From the NCBI GenBank assembly GCA_044892525.1, contig CM097885.1, positions 218,674,001 to 218,738,000 on the forward strand: a stretch of DNA of 64,000 nt. The letters run 5' to 3'. This document shows positions 1 through 13,216 of the stretch, piece after piece. Positions within the stretch are counted from its first letter, which is position 1, and each line of letters starts with the position of its first letter. This DNA comes from Schmidtea polychroa. Taxonomy: Eukaryota. The translations under genes and the position numbers were made by a program. The notes beneath the pieces are model-generated. The model did not search any database and was not told where the DNA came from. It saw nothing but the letters and a program-made list of their open reading frames with translations.

Positions 1-700
1 AATTAACATACAACAAATATCTAATTTAATAATAACATAACTATTTTGAAATTTAATTAATAAATAATGTTATTGCATTGCCTACTCATTATATTTCCTT
101 ATATATGGCTATAAGCATTCTATATTGTGAATCATATTTGATTCTATATCATAATCATCATATCTCATATTTGCATCAATTATCATTTCGTTTCTGTTTT
201 TAGGACGAATACAGAAATTGCACCGGAGTCAAACCTCAATTTTATGGTTTCACCATAGAAAAAAGTGATTCACACTAACTAAACCTTTAAAAAAATCTCT
301 TAATTTTGTTGATCCAGAGGTCTTAATTTCAGGTAATAAATACTTGTTTAATTTTCAAATTTTCTAAATTGACATTTGTCCCTTCATGTCTCGGCACGTT
401 TGATCCATTCGTTTCTGAACCTTTTACATTGACTGAGAATGTGCGCCACAATGGAAATCTATTTTACGAGCATTACGAAAGGAGAAACTGACTAAATTAG
501 ACTAAGTAGATGTCTTCTCAAATACTTTACATAAAAACGCACACAAATTTTACACCCCACAAGAAATTCTTCTTATATGTTGTGTGACTAATGGCAAGTC
601 TCTTTACTCTCTTTTTCAGATAATATAATATATGTCACTAGCTTTCAAGTTTAACCCCACGTGATATTTTACATAATAACATTTTTAGTTTTTATTAATA

Positions 701-1447
701 CCCTAAGTTCTTGTCTATAAGCCGCGGCTTATCTAAAAAAAAATCAACCCGACATTCATAAAAACAGTATCGGCTTATACATAAGTACGGCTTATACACA
801 AAATATATTAAATGAAAAGGTTATGCATTTTTAAAAAAATATTTGCCCACTAATAATTTTCCTTTTAATTTAAATTCTCGATTAATCAAAGCCATCAAAT
901 TCTTCTCCTGATTCAGTATTGAAAAACTCAAGAATATCATTATAAGATGCTGGAATTTCTGATTCAATTTCGCTCTCGGATTCTTCTTCAAATTCTTCTT
1001 CGCTACAAGTGACCCTTATTGCCTCTTCATTTGAATATTCACAGATATTCGCAGCCTTAAATCCATTTTTAATGCAATCCACCGTTATTTCATCCCAGCA
1101 TTCGTCGATCCACCGACATACTTCTGAATATGAGGCCTTTTTAATTTGTCCCGACTTAGTAAACGAATGATATCCATTGACCATCCAGTTCTCCCATTTA
1201 TCACGTATTTTTGATTTAAAGGATTTATTAACACTTAGATCCAGGGGTTGTAATTTTGATGTCAGGCCCCCGGGGATTACGACCATTACGCACGTTGAGG
1301 TCCAATAAATATGCGCGAAATTACTTAAAAACTTTACGGCTTATCCATGAGTCCGGCTTATCTAAGATAAAAAAAAAATTTTTTAATATATGTGATTTAG
1401 AGAAACCGGTTTATGCACGAGTCCGGCTTATAGACAAGAACTTAGGG
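701..1447 (-). mobile_element. pogo-family (Tc1/mariner superfamily) internally deleted DNA transposon
   Basis: Perfect 24-bp TIRs CCCTAAGTTCTTGTCTATAAGCCG (701-724 / 1424-1447), TA on both flanks, repeated subterminal CGGCTTAT motifs. Only the 3' part of the transposase is retained. Confidence 0.9.
882..1286 (-). pseudogene. C-terminal fragment of pogo DDE_1 transposase
   Basis: VIPGGLTSKLQPLDLSVNKSFK...W..ECW..I....IKNGF is the pogo/Tigger catalytic-domain end; the N-terminus is absent. Confidence 0.88.
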
Positions 1448-1879
1448 TACTAAAATATCTAAGAAAATATTACTAATCTTACATAGGTTTCCAATCGCAC
1501 AACGTACTGATTAAATTTTATATGAAAAATTTCACTGTCTCTACTTTCTGGATGAATGAAATTAACGGCCTGTATCAACTCTCCAGTCTCAGAATTACTA
1601 CAGATTACCTAAATTAAATCACATGAAAAATTACTACAATATTTGAAAAATAGAAAAATTAACAGAATTTAATGAGTACAGGTGATACATTTTCTTGAAA
1701 ACATAATCTAACTAATTAATCTATATTATTTATTATGTATATCTGTCAATTTGGAAAAAATATTTTGGAAATAAGGATTAGCTACTTATTAAAAAAACGT
1801 AATTTATATGTATTCTATTACTAAAATCTTCGAATCTTTTCAAATTTCTTTTTCAAAAATCTTATACAAATTTCCAAAT

Positions 1880-2270
1880 AATAACAATTAAAGACAAAAT
1901 AAAGATACAAATTTTATTCTTAGTCATAAATTTGCTTATAATAAGCTCTTCTTAATTCAGCTAGTGCATTATTTCTTTCTTTTTATATTCTTGACAAGAT
2001 CTACATCTAAAAGGGCAAGTTAACTTTAAAGTATTTATACAAACCATACAATTCTCTAGGCATTTCAACCAACTACCGGACACCAACAACTATGTATTTA
2101 CAACCAAGTGCTAATAACTAGCTACCAATTAATAAATATTTAAAACCAATTACTAAATACTTACAAGCAGATACCAAGTACTTACAACAAGGTATCAACT
2201 ACCAAAAAGCTAGTTATTTACAAACAAATAACAACAACTAGGTACCAACTACCAAGTACCTGCCTATATT
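1880..2270 (+). repeat. dispersed repeat with degenerate ~14-bp minisatellite (ACAACTAGGTACCA-like); inverted diverged copy at 8045-8390
   Basis: About 230 bp of unique sequence (aattaaagacaaaataaagatacaa...tctacatctaaaagg...aaaccatacaat.ctctag.catttcaacc) recurs as reverse complement at 8170-8390, each followed by the minisatellite. Confidence 0.75.
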
Positions 2271-2560
2271 CATACACTACGCGACCCTTTCTATTCACTA
2301 AGCATCAGAATCTATACATTAAATCCTTTAAACAATAACACATTAACCAAATAAAAATGCCATTTCTTCAATGTATTTTATCAAATGTATTGTAAATAAA
2401 TAAATTTTTTACTTGTGTTAAAATTCAAAAATATTTTTAACTAAATTAAAATAATTAAAATATTTCAACATTACAACGAAAAACAAAAAATTTTAATATA
2501 GAATTCTAATTTTTATTCACAAAAGATCTGCTTAATTTTCTTCTTTGGATTGATTACTAA

Positions 2561-2963
2561 CAGTGCTCGAAGTGAGGCGGGATAGCCGGGATATTATCCC
2601 GGCATTGATTATGTAGGCGGAATTGCATCCCGGCACTTCATTTCATATAATCTATAGGTTTATCCCGGTACTTATTTCATTTTATAGGCACACAAATACT
2701 GCAATTAAGGTCACACATAGTACATCCATATATGTATGTATATATATATATATATTCTTTATTCTCTATTCTCTATTCAATTAAGAATTTCCCAAGCAGC
2801 ATTAATGGATAGGTAGGTATATTCTGAAACTTATGATTAAATGGGTGGACACCCCCCAAAGTTTTGCAACACCCCCAACTGAAAATTTCTGCATAAAAGC
2901 CTGGAATCCCGGGTGCCACAGCATGCCTATCCCGGCACATATTTTGTTCCACTTCGAGCACTG
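2561..2963. mobile_element. hAT-type MITE
   Basis: Perfect 14-bp TIR CAGTGCTCGAAGTG, perfect 8-bp TSD ATTACTAA, internal ATCCCGG repeats, no ORF. Confidence 0.92.
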
Positions 2964-3429
2964 ATTACTAACAACTATTTAACATTCAATTAACATAATA
3001 CCAAATTATTAATAACCAACCGACTAAGTTATTAATAAAATGATGTTAATCAAGGACAAATTATTTTAAAAATTTCTATTACAAGAAATAAATTGAATTT
3101 ATATTTATTATATTTTCAAGTGTTTGTGCAAATCTAAATTAAAATTAACCAGTCTTTGAATAAACTTTTGAAACTGGTTAATTAATTTGTCAAGACTTAA
3201 AATAAATTAATTTTTAGATTTAGAATACATTTGATAGTACTTTGAATAAATTTTCAAATTAAGACACGCAATAAATTATTTAAATAAAGTTGTTATTTTT
3301 GAAATAAAATTGGAGTATAAAATCGTCCTTACACATTTACCACTTAACTAAATAATGAATCATAATATTGAATTTGCAAGTCTTGAATCTGATACTTGAG
3401 ATCACCTTCTTGTATTGATTTCTTGCAAC

Positions 3430-3760
3430 CCAACAAGGTACCTACAACTAGTTACTAACAACCAGCTTCCTATTACCAAGTACTTACAACTAGGTACTAA
3501 CAGATAAGTACCAATAACTAGGTACTAAACACTAGATACCAACAACCAGGTAACAAAAAGGTACCAACAACTAGGTACTTACTAAATAAATCAACAACCA
3601 TGTACTAAAAACTAAGTATTTACAAGCTGATACCAACAACCGGTTACTAACCACTAAGTGTCATCAACCAAATACTTTCATACAAACACCAACAACTAAG
3701 TATTAACAACAAAGTACTAACAAACAAATACCAACAATAATAATCAACCAGTCACTAAAA
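3430..3760 (+). repeat. degenerate ~14-bp minisatellite array
   Basis: Repeated caactaggtactaa/caaccaggtaccaa-like units, same family as at 2060-2270. Confidence 0.7.
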
Positions 3761-4361
3761 TATCGAGGTTGCAAATTCTTTCCGATTTTTTTCGTTATAT
3801 CCAATATGATATTCTCATGGACGTGTCGGTCATATACAGATTATTAACATGATCAAAAACCATAACAGAATTTCGTTAATATCTGGTAACTGATATTAAA
3901 TACGTGTAATTTATCTACTGTTAAGAATTATGTTGTAAATTTTTGAATACACATTGATTGATCTTTAAAAGAAAATCTTCATTAAAGATTTTCCAATAAC
4001 TAAATAAAATAGAGGAAATTCATCACAACCTAATAAACCTCTTAAACGATATAATTTCACACACGAACTATTAATTAATCATTGCTAAATACTGACTATT
4101 TCTCCGATGGTATTTCCTTTAAAACACTGATATTTTACCCAATGAACTCTCAAGAACATTATAATAATCCATTTAAACATAGATATTCAACTAACTAAAT
4201 CCCCTTAAAAGATTCTCACCTTAACCGATTCCTCACCAAATGACTATAATTCTACTACTTTAAACATCAATATACAACCAACTACATCCTTTATTTCTCC
4301 AAACATTCCTGAAATTTCACCCATTTGATCGTATATCCCTTTTTAATATATCAATTCAGTC

Positions 4362-5719
4362 TAGGGTTGCCAACTTTTGATTCGACCAAAAGCGTATTCA
4401 AATTTCTTTTAACCATATAGTAACAAAAATGACAAATAATTGCAATAAATAAAAATTGAGATAAAATAACAAAACTCTTTTATTATAAAAAAAACAAACA
4501 AATATTTTTATAAATGTAGGTAAATAATCATACCAAAATACTGAAATAATTTTTAATTTTTAGTTTTAAATTTATATTTTTTCGTGGATTTAGCTGCCTC
4601 GATTAATTTTTTATTTAAATCTGTGTTTTTTTATAAAAGTAGCAAATTCACTGGACGTCATCCCAAAATTGAAATTGATTAATAATTCTGCTTTGACCGT
4701 ATCTGTTTGGAGTCTATTTCGCTCGTTTGTCCAAATATTTCCCATTACGCTAAATATACGTTCAACGTAACAATTGTTTGGTGGAACAGCAAATACATAT
4801 TTGCGGAGTTTAAGCAACATTGAAGAATCTTTGTTAATTTTAAAATATTGTATCCATTTTTCAACGCAAGTACCAGTTAATAATGGAATAGTTTCATTTA
4901 AAATTCGCACTTCAGAAAAAAGTTTATCGCCATCAAATTCTACTCCGAACAGAGTTGCTACTTTGGATACTTGTCCCAGTGATAGTTGTTCATCCAAGTT
5001 GAATGAACTACAAATATTAAGAAAGGAATCTGTGCTAAAATCGAACCATTTACTTAAATATGTTAGCATTCTATTGTAAATTTCTACTCCTTCTGTATTT
5101 AGTTTATTCCTTTCTGATGTGCTTAAGTGTCGTATATTTTGGTGAACTTTAAATCCAAAAAAATGCTTGTCTCTACGACAGATTAATTCCTTTCTTAAAT
5201 CATCGAAAATACGATAAACCTGAGGTGCTTGAATGTAGTTACTTTCTACTATTTTTATTACCTTTTGGAAAAGATTTATCAAATTATGTACAAAATAAAT
5301 GTACAATTCTGGCAAAGAAACTTCGTTGTTCAACCCATTTTCATTTTGTCCTAAAAATTTCCATATGCCCTTATTAACATTTTCTTTTCCTTTAACTTTT
5401 ACTTTATATTTTACTTTTTAATTTCTACATCTCAAAAATTAATTTTCAAAATACAGGAAATATCACATTGTAATTATGACAGTTTTTCTGGAAATTTCAA
5501 GTAAATAAAAATATGAATTTGAAAAACATTCTGCCGTTTCAATTTGGAAAGCAATTTTTTTTACACCATCGAACCAAAAATTGACGATATTTTTATCCCA
5601 GCAAGCTAAAAGCGCATTTTTTCGTATATCTATGAAAAGCGTGCGTATAACGTATACATGTTTGTTATTTGCACGAAAAGCGTAGGTTACGCTTCAAAAG
5701 CGTACAGTTGGCAACCCTA
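4362..5719 (-). mobile_element. internally deleted hAT transposon
   Basis: TIR TAGGGTTGCCAACT / AGTTGGCAACCCTA, perfect 8-bp TSD ATTCAGTC (4354-4361, 5720-5727). Confidence 0.92.
4611..5333 (-). pseudogene. hAT transposase C-terminal (dimerisation domain) fragment
   Basis: VPPNNCYVERIFSVMGNIWTNERNRLQTDTVKAELLINFN is the hAT dimerisation motif. No in-frame ATG at the called start (TTG). Confidence 0.85.
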
Positions 5720-6153
5720 ATTCAGTCGATTAAATCCTCTTAAAACACAGAAAATGTAAAAATTCTTCAAACATATGAAGTTTCTTTTACCCTAAATAAT
5801 TTAGTAGCTAAATCCATGTAATAAGAGCCCTATAAAAGATCAAAATATTTAAAATTTCATTAATCTGTAAACTGACAAAGAAGAAATTGGAAATATGGAA
5901 ATATTCTTAGGAAATATAAATTTTGAAAAAATCATTTTATCAAATTCAATATCATTACACGTGAATTTTTTCTTTTCCTTATTATTGGTATATTATTTTT
6001 GCACTAAAGTGACATTTCTTTTTTAAGAAAAAAAAATTATTATTTAAAAAAAATCAAAAATTTTCACTCTTTAAAATTGATTTGCAGCAGTTTTAAAAAA
6101 AATTAATTTAATTTTGCAACAAGTTAGTTTTAAACTTTATTTATTGTAATAAT

Positions 6154-7149
6154 TTACAAACAAATTTTTCTTGCTTTAACACTTGCGAACTTGTCAATGA
6201 CATCATCAAAGTTAATTTTGTTCACAGTGTTTTTCTCAATACTTAATAATGCCAAATTATTTAAACGTTCTTCACTCATTGTTGCTCGAAGATATGACAA
6301 AATTAATTTTAATTTGCTAAAGGAACGCTCGCATGTTGAAACAGAAATACCAATTGTCAAAAGAATTTGCAATGAAATTCTTAAATTTGGGAAAACATCT
6401 TCACCATAAGATATTAAAAATTTTAAAAGATCTATAGGTGATTTTGGAATTTCATCTTTTCGAGCATTAGGAAGCATTTTACAGTCAGTAACTTCATTGA
6501 ATAGTTCGTTTTCATCAATATCTGAATTGTAAAATTTTCCCAAATTTGAACATTTTTCTTTTAATTTAGCAGGATCATGGCAATTTAGAAAATTTTCAGT
6601 GTCAAGGAAATATCCAAAATTTTCGTTCAATGAATTAAGGCGAGTAAATCGAGTTTTTAATTCTTGAATTAATCTATCAACTGAGCATTTCAACACACGA
6701 TCTAACTCTTGTTCAGCAGTCAAACCAGAATCAGTCATTTTTTCACCTAATCTAATTTTTATACGTCGCACTCTTTTCTTTATTTCAACGCCCCATTCAA
6801 AACACTTTTTTTTACCTGCTTCAATTGATTGAATGCATAGATCTTCAAGAAATTGCTGCATATGTATGCTTAATCCTTGTAAATCATCGGAGGCATCTTT
6901 AAAATTAAAGCAGACGATAACTAATTCCTTTTGTAATATAATTTTAGTACTATTTAAATAAAATTTAAATTTTATGGTGAACTTTGCTTATATATTTCAA
7001 ATAATCAAAATTCGTTATTTTAATGTTGGTTAAATTTCAAAATCGAAAATCTTTAAATAAAGTTTAGGTTTCAAAAATCAATTTGGCGCCCCTAAAATCG
7101 TGTCGCCCGGGGAAAATGCCCCGCTTGCCCGGCCCTAGATATGCTACTG
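6154..7149 (-). mobile_element. hAT (Tip100-like) transposon fragment: 5' terminus plus transposase C-terminus
   Basis: GC-rich terminus reading CAGTAGCATATCTAGGGCCGGGCAAGCGGGGC from 7149. ORF 6154-6861 has FPNLRISLQILLTIGISVSTCERSFSKLKLI...ERLNNLALLSIE (ZMYM1-like hAT dimerisation). The second TIR was not found. Confidence 0.8.
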
Positions 7150-8044
7150 CCTATAATTTAATTACTGTTGTACAACTAATTAGTTGGAAAAATAAAAGTG
7201 AGGATATTTTAAACAATGATTTTTTAATTTGATTTTAATTTAATTAATTTAATAATATTTAATAATTTAATAATATTATTAAATTGATAAAAGTGGGAGT
7301 CAGTGGCACTACAGCTGTAAAACTATAACTATCAACTTGTCATTTGAAATAACTTTTATTAAAAATAAAATTAAAAAACAAATCTATTAAAATACAGCAA
7401 ATTATCAAGAAATTAAATTTATCTTAGAATCACCATTAAACCTATAAAATTTATTAAAATTTGATATATTCTTAAAATTCATAAAATTCACAAAATATGA
7501 TTGAAATTCACTTGAATAAAACCAGTTAACATCAATTCTAAAAAATTACCGATGAATTTAATTGCTTTAGACACCCAAATTTACCTAAATAATCATTCAA
7601 ATAAAATCATTAAAAATCATTAAAATCATTAAAACTGAAGATAACTCCTTGAAATTTATCATTAAATTCCTTTTAAATTAAATAAATGAAGATAAGAACT
7701 TTGATAACAAATATTATTCAAAAATGGTAAGAATTATCACTGTAGCGTTAAATGGAGGGAGAAAGGAGAAATGGAGATATAGGAAGAAACCTTTGATAAA
7801 ATTAACAATGAAAATATTATTAATAAGTGGTAAGAATCTTCATTGAGATAAGTGCTAGAATTATTCATTAATGGTACTACGGGAGGTATAATTACTAAAT
7901 GAAAATGAAAAATACACTGAGAAGTGTTATTGAAATGTTATTGAAGAGAAGAAGATATATAAAAGTGGAGATATTTTAAGTATTAATTGCATTTATTTTA
8001 AATTATTTTACTATAAATTATCAATTGAATAAAAAAAATATTTA

Positions 8045-8390
8045 GTACATTTGTTGGTACCCGCTAGTTGTTAGATGGTATCTGCTTGTAAATACTTAGT
8101 TGTTAGTACCTGTTGTTGCTATTTTTTAGTAAGTACTTGGTAGCTGGTTGTTAGTATCTAGTTGTTAGTAGCTGATATTTGGTTGAAATGTCTAGAGGAT
8201 TGTATGGTTTGTACATATCCTTCAAAGTTAACGTGTCCTTTTAGATGTAGAAGCTGTCAAGAATATAAGAAGAAAGATATAGTTCACATTTTACTAGTTG
8301 AATTAGGAAGAGCTTATTAAAAGCAAATTTTTTAAGAAGAATAAACTTTGTATCTTTATTTTGTCTTTAATTTTTATTATTTTTATGCGT
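8045..8390 (-). repeat. inverted diverged copy of the 1880-2270 repeat
   Basis: Reverse complement aligns by eye with 1880-2270. Confidence 0.75.
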
Positions 8391-9043
8391 TTGTTAGTAT
8401 ATTGTTGTAAGTACTTGATAATTGGTTGAATAAATAATAATAATTAATATTATTAATAAATAATAATAATTAATATTAATAACTAATATTATTATTATTT
8501 TTATTCACAAAAATTCATTTCATAAAACTTTACTTTAAAAATATCCTTTGAAAATTAATTCATAAAAATTTGTATTTAAAATTTCTTTACTTTTTAAAAT
8601 TCTCAGTGATTATCGGGTTTCAAAATATCTGATCATAAATTTTAAATTATTACTATAATTTACTTATTTACTATAATTTACTAAATTTTTAATTATTTCC
8701 TCAATATCTCAGTAGCCTTCAGTTTTTCAAAATAACTTACCAAAATGTTTAATTCTATTACTTATTTTAAAATTATTACGCTTATATACTTTAATTTACT
8801 TAATTTTCACTATTCATTTCTATGTTGTATAATTTAAAAACTATTACTTATTTAAAAATTTATTTGCACTAATTTACTTTAATTTACTTATTTTTTCAAT
8901 TATAGCCCTAATGTATAAATGATTCTTCAAAATATCTTACCAAAATTCATGTACAAAATTCTTAAAAGCTTAAAATACTTTGCTTTTTCAGCGAGAGTCG
9001 GATTTAGTGTACAGAAATTTATAGACCTTTAATTGCTTTAGCT

Positions 9044-11447
9044 CAGCGGTTCTCCCCTAGGGGACCGCGACGAACTAACGCATATTTATTTTTTTAAATC
9101 ATTTTTTTAAATCATTTAAAAAAAACATCAAAAAATAATTTAATCATTTCTGTTATTAAAAATCAATTCAACATTAGCCCCCTTACGGGGTAAAACTGCG
9201 TTTTGTGTCTCCAATATTTTGCGTGCATGTTGAGGTTGTATGCTAATTTGTGACGTCATTGTTTTAAATTGTAACGTTGTCACCTCGACTCGGTCCAACC
9301 TCGAGGGTTTATATAGCAGGCCTGTCTGCTTATTCTTTGCCTTTAATTGTATTTTCTCCGAGTGAACGACGCATCACATTTAGTATTTTATTTTCTTGTA
9401 AACAGTTTGTGGTATAATAAACATTAACTTTTGCTGTATAATTTTATAAATTTATAATTTTATTTTATTTTATCGATTTTTTTAGATTTAAGATGCCCAC
9501 CAAAAAGAAAATGATATATGACATTTCATATTTACAATATGGGTTTACTGTAATAAATTCGAAAGGTGAAGAGAAACCACAGTGTGTCTTGTGTTCTGAG
9601 GTGCTGGAACCCTCTTCTCTTAAACCCAGCAAGTTAAAGAGACACTTAGAAACGAAGCATCCCAGATCAATGACCAAAGATGTCGACTTCTTTAAGCGCC
9701 AAGCCGAACGACTGCACAACTCCAGGATTGATGACACAGGAATCTGGTCGCATAACATTAAGGCTGGTCTGAGGGCGTCCTATGAGGTTTCAAGGAAAAT
9801 AGCTGCGGCCCAAAACCCACACAATATCGGAGAAGAGTTGATATTATATATATTATTATTATATATATAATATCAAATATTCTGGGATGTTCGGAGCTCA
9901 GCAAGCTAAGTTACGTTTGCCTGTCAAACGACACTGTTCGGAGGCGAATAGCAGAAATGTCCGAAAACATTCTGTCGTAAGTGGTGTCAAAAATTCAAAA
10001 CTCAACGTTCTCCTTTGCAATCCAACTTGATGAAACGACGGATGTCGCCAACTTAGCAGAACTTTGCGTCTACGTATGATATACGTATGATAAACACCTG
10101 GATGATGAATTTTTGTTCTGTGAAACTCTCAATACCAGAACAACTGCAAAAGAAATCTTTGATAAAGTGGACAGATTCTTTGAAGCGCATGATATCAAAT
10201 GGGAAAATCTTATTGGCGTGTGTACTGACGGTGCTCCAGCAATGGTTGGTTGTCGTTCTGGGTTTCAAACTTTGGTTAAACAAAAATCCCCAAACATGAT
10301 TGGTACACACTGCACTATTCATCGACAAGCTTTAATGGTAAAAACCATGCCTGACGAGTTGAAAAATGTTCTCAATCATGTGATTACAGCAGTAAATTTC
10401 ATAAAATCAAATGCACTTAACTCTCGTTTGTTTTCCGAGTTATGCAAAGAAAGTGATTCCGAAATTGAAAAACTCTTGTTGCACTCACACGTGAGGTGGC
10501 TTTCCAAAGGGAAAGTTTTAAAGAGGGTTTTTATACTCCATAAAGAAATTCAGGAATTTTTGAAAGATACCAAACCAGACATGCACACAACATTCTCCGA
10601 TGTCCGTTTTCTTATTTCCTTGTCATTTTTGGTAGACATATTTGAATCCGTAAATTATATCAATCTGGCGCTGCAAGGAAAAGATATCACAGTGCTACAT
10701 TGTCATGAAAAATTGATGGCTTTCAAAATGAAGCTCGAACTATGGATTACAAAGTTAGAGAATAAGAATTTTGCTCCATTTCCGCAGCTGAATACATATA
10801 TTGATGAAAATGAGCTTGAAGTCGATGCCGATATTCTTGAAATAATGAAACAGCATGTATTCGTTCTTAGCAAAGAAATGTCTCACTATTTTCCTGATCT
10901 GCGAGAATTTGAAAAACGCCATCGGTTTATCACTAACCCATTTGAAGTATCCATTAGTGACCTGCCCTCGGACGACAATTTAGTTCAGGAACAATTTATT
11001 GATTTAATAAACGATGAGGGTGCAAAACATGTTTTCCGTGGAACTTGCTGTAGTGACTTTTGGATTGAAATGGCACTGTCCTATCCTGATGTTGCAAAGA
11101 TGGCTCTAAAAGTCCTCATTCCATTTGCAACCACCTATGAGTGTGAGTCGGCTTTTTCTACACTACTTACAATTAAAACAAAAGCAAGAAATAGATTATG
11201 CGCGACAAATGATATGCGAGTTGCACTGGCCAAGACAAAGCCAAACCTATAAGCTCTAGTTCTGGAAAAACGCCTGCATCCGTCGCATTAAAATTGTTAT
11301 TTAACTTTTACGATGTAATATTTTCTCAATATATATGTTTTATTTGCTATACCTTTTTTATTTTTTATTATCAGGGGTCCGCAAGCTATCTAACAATTTT
11401 TAAAGGGACCGCCTCGCAGAAAATTTCAAAGAATTTGAGAACCGCTG
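9044..11447 (+). mobile_element. full-length but inactivated hAT Buster/Charlie transposon
   Basis: 11-bp TIR CAGCGGTTCTC / GAGAACCGCTG; 8-bp TSD CTTTAGCT / CTTTAACT with the central TA typical of the Buster clade. Confidence 0.92.
9493..11291 (+). pseudogene. Buster-type (ZBED5/SCAND3-like) transposase pseudogene
   Basis: KPQCVLCSEVL..SSLKPSKLKRHLETKH, AIQLDETTD, GVCTDGA, VRWLSKG, PFATTYECESAFS, natural end HPSH*. Broken by a frameshift near 9850, internal stops and a frameshift near 11250. Confidence 0.9.
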
Positions 11448-12129
11448 CTTTAACTTTTTAACGAAACCTGGATTATATGTAAAAAAATCCTAGAACCTAA
11501 AAATTCTGACTTTTTAACGAGATCTAAATTTTGTGTAGAAAATATTTCTGGAACTAAATACACCCCTTGACTATAAATGCAAATTTGAAAAAAAAACCTT
11601 TAGTCCACGGCAGCAATGGGTTTTTAACGAGAGTCAGATTTTGTGTACAAAAAATCGCTATGGTCAAAGACACCCCCTCACTATAGTGTGAATTTGAAAA
11701 AATGCCACGTGACCTTAAGCAGCAATGAAGAATACCTGTAGAACGGAGGGGTTCAACGGATGGTCATGCTGCTAGGGGCTACTAACTGCCTACTTATATA
11801 GTCCTTCATACCCTTCATGATTTTTATTTATAATTTCTATTTTATCAACTTTATTTTCCCCCACCTTTAATTCTCTGATTGTCTTGATATCTTTTTTCTT
11901 GTCTTCTAGCTTTCAACCTCTGCATAATATTTTCTCCATTTTTTATATTATTATACTATTGCAATCTGTTAATTATCCTTCTTAATATAATTTTACTTAG
12001 GCCAAGTTTGATTTTCACTAAAAATTCTAAATTTCTACTCACATATTAAGGTTTAATCTCAAATATCTTATTTCATATAATTTACGCTTTGTAAATGAGA
12101 GTAAAAATATATTCACTTTTATTTAATAT

Positions 12130-12266
12130 AAATAATAATAATTATTCTAAGAACTTTTAATTCCAATTTCACCACTGATTTTTTTCCATTGAATTTATTA
12201 AAAAGAGCTTGAAGACTATAAATCATTAATATATCAAAATCATCGATATAATATTGATTTATAGTC
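12130..12266. repeat. copy of a palindromic (hairpin MITE-like) dispersed repeat; other copies about 25790-25895 and 48020-48165
   Basis: Shared motif aagaacttt...aatttcaccactgattt.tttccattg.atttattaaaaag...aatca.taaatatatc; both arms are visible at 48020-48165. Confidence 0.65.
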
Positions 12267-12423
12267 NNNNNNNNNNNNNNNNNNNNNNNNNNNNNNNNNN
12301 NNNNNNNNNNNNNNNNNNNNNNNNNNNNNNNNNNNNNNNNNNNNNNNNNNNNNNNNNNNNNNNNNNNNNNNNNNNNNNNNNNNNNNNNNNNNNNNNNNNN
12401 NNNNNNNNNNNNNNNNNNNNNNN
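12267..12423. other. assembly gap (157 N) that cuts a host FN3 exon
   Basis: Run of N. Confidence 1.
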
Positions 12424-12595
12424 GAAAATGTTTAATTTTTGCTCCATCTGATAATGTGGGATTACCCCAAGATACTCGAATTGAATTGGCAACCATTGGA
12501 GTCAAATTTGTCAACGGAGGTGAAATACAGCCGGGCCATATACATTTTACAGTATTCGAAGGTTTGCTATTGTATTTCTCTTCATAGCTGATAGC
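12424..12595 (-). CDS. host multi-FN3 gene exon (runs into gap)
   Basis: TTTAG acceptor, phase 0; AISYEEKYNSKPSNTVKCIWPGCISPPLTNLTPMVANSIRVSWGNP (FN3 A/B strands). Confidence 0.8.
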
Positions 12596-12641
12596 CTAAA
12601 TCATTTCAAATTTAATAAAATTTTATAACCATTTATTCTAC

Positions 12642-12822
12642 TTGACATAGGAATGAGTATTGATGGCATGGTTGCCCATCATAATATGTATAAATATGAT
12701 TGTTTGCTTCTACCTCTATACTCATTACTCCATTGACATAGATATGGAAACACTTCAACTTCACATTTCCCTTTGGAATAATAGAATTCCAGCATATAGT
12801 GGCGTATGAAAAATTTGTTGCT
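12642..12822 (-). CDS. host multi-FN3 gene exon
   Basis: AG/GT boundaries whose phases match both neighbours; ATNFSYATICWNSIIPKGNVKLKCFHIYVNG...QPCHQYSFLCQ; 46-bp intron to the next exon. Confidence 0.8.
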
Positions 12823-13216
12823 CTATATGATATTATAAATAATTAAATAAATAATTTCAACTTCTCAAATGTAAACATTAAAAATAACAAACATTAAAGT
12901 GATTATTTTTAATTGAATTCATAATGCATATTTGTAAAATTTTAATTTTAATTTCCCCATTCATCCAAAATAAAGATCTCTGTTGTCAACAGATAGTATC
13001 TCTAAAAAATAAATTAATCAAGACACTTAATTAAATGAGACAAAAATATTTGGTTAGAGAAGACGAACGGTCCTGTACTAGGACATTCAGAGAAGTCAGC
13101 AGTCTTCACCGAGTATATTTATGGTAATCTCTGTTTAAGATTTCTAACTTCATAGCTTATATGAACTTCGCAAAACTTTCATCTTGAATAAATGGTCTTA
13201 CAAAATACACAACAAT

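Noticed and set aside
116-520. Possible further minus-strand exons
   Set aside because: Short open stretches without FN3 motifs or convincing phase-compatible splice sites.
12119-12514. ORFs spanning N runs (also 60651-61124)
   Set aside because: Gap artefacts; only the flanking FN3 exon parts are real.
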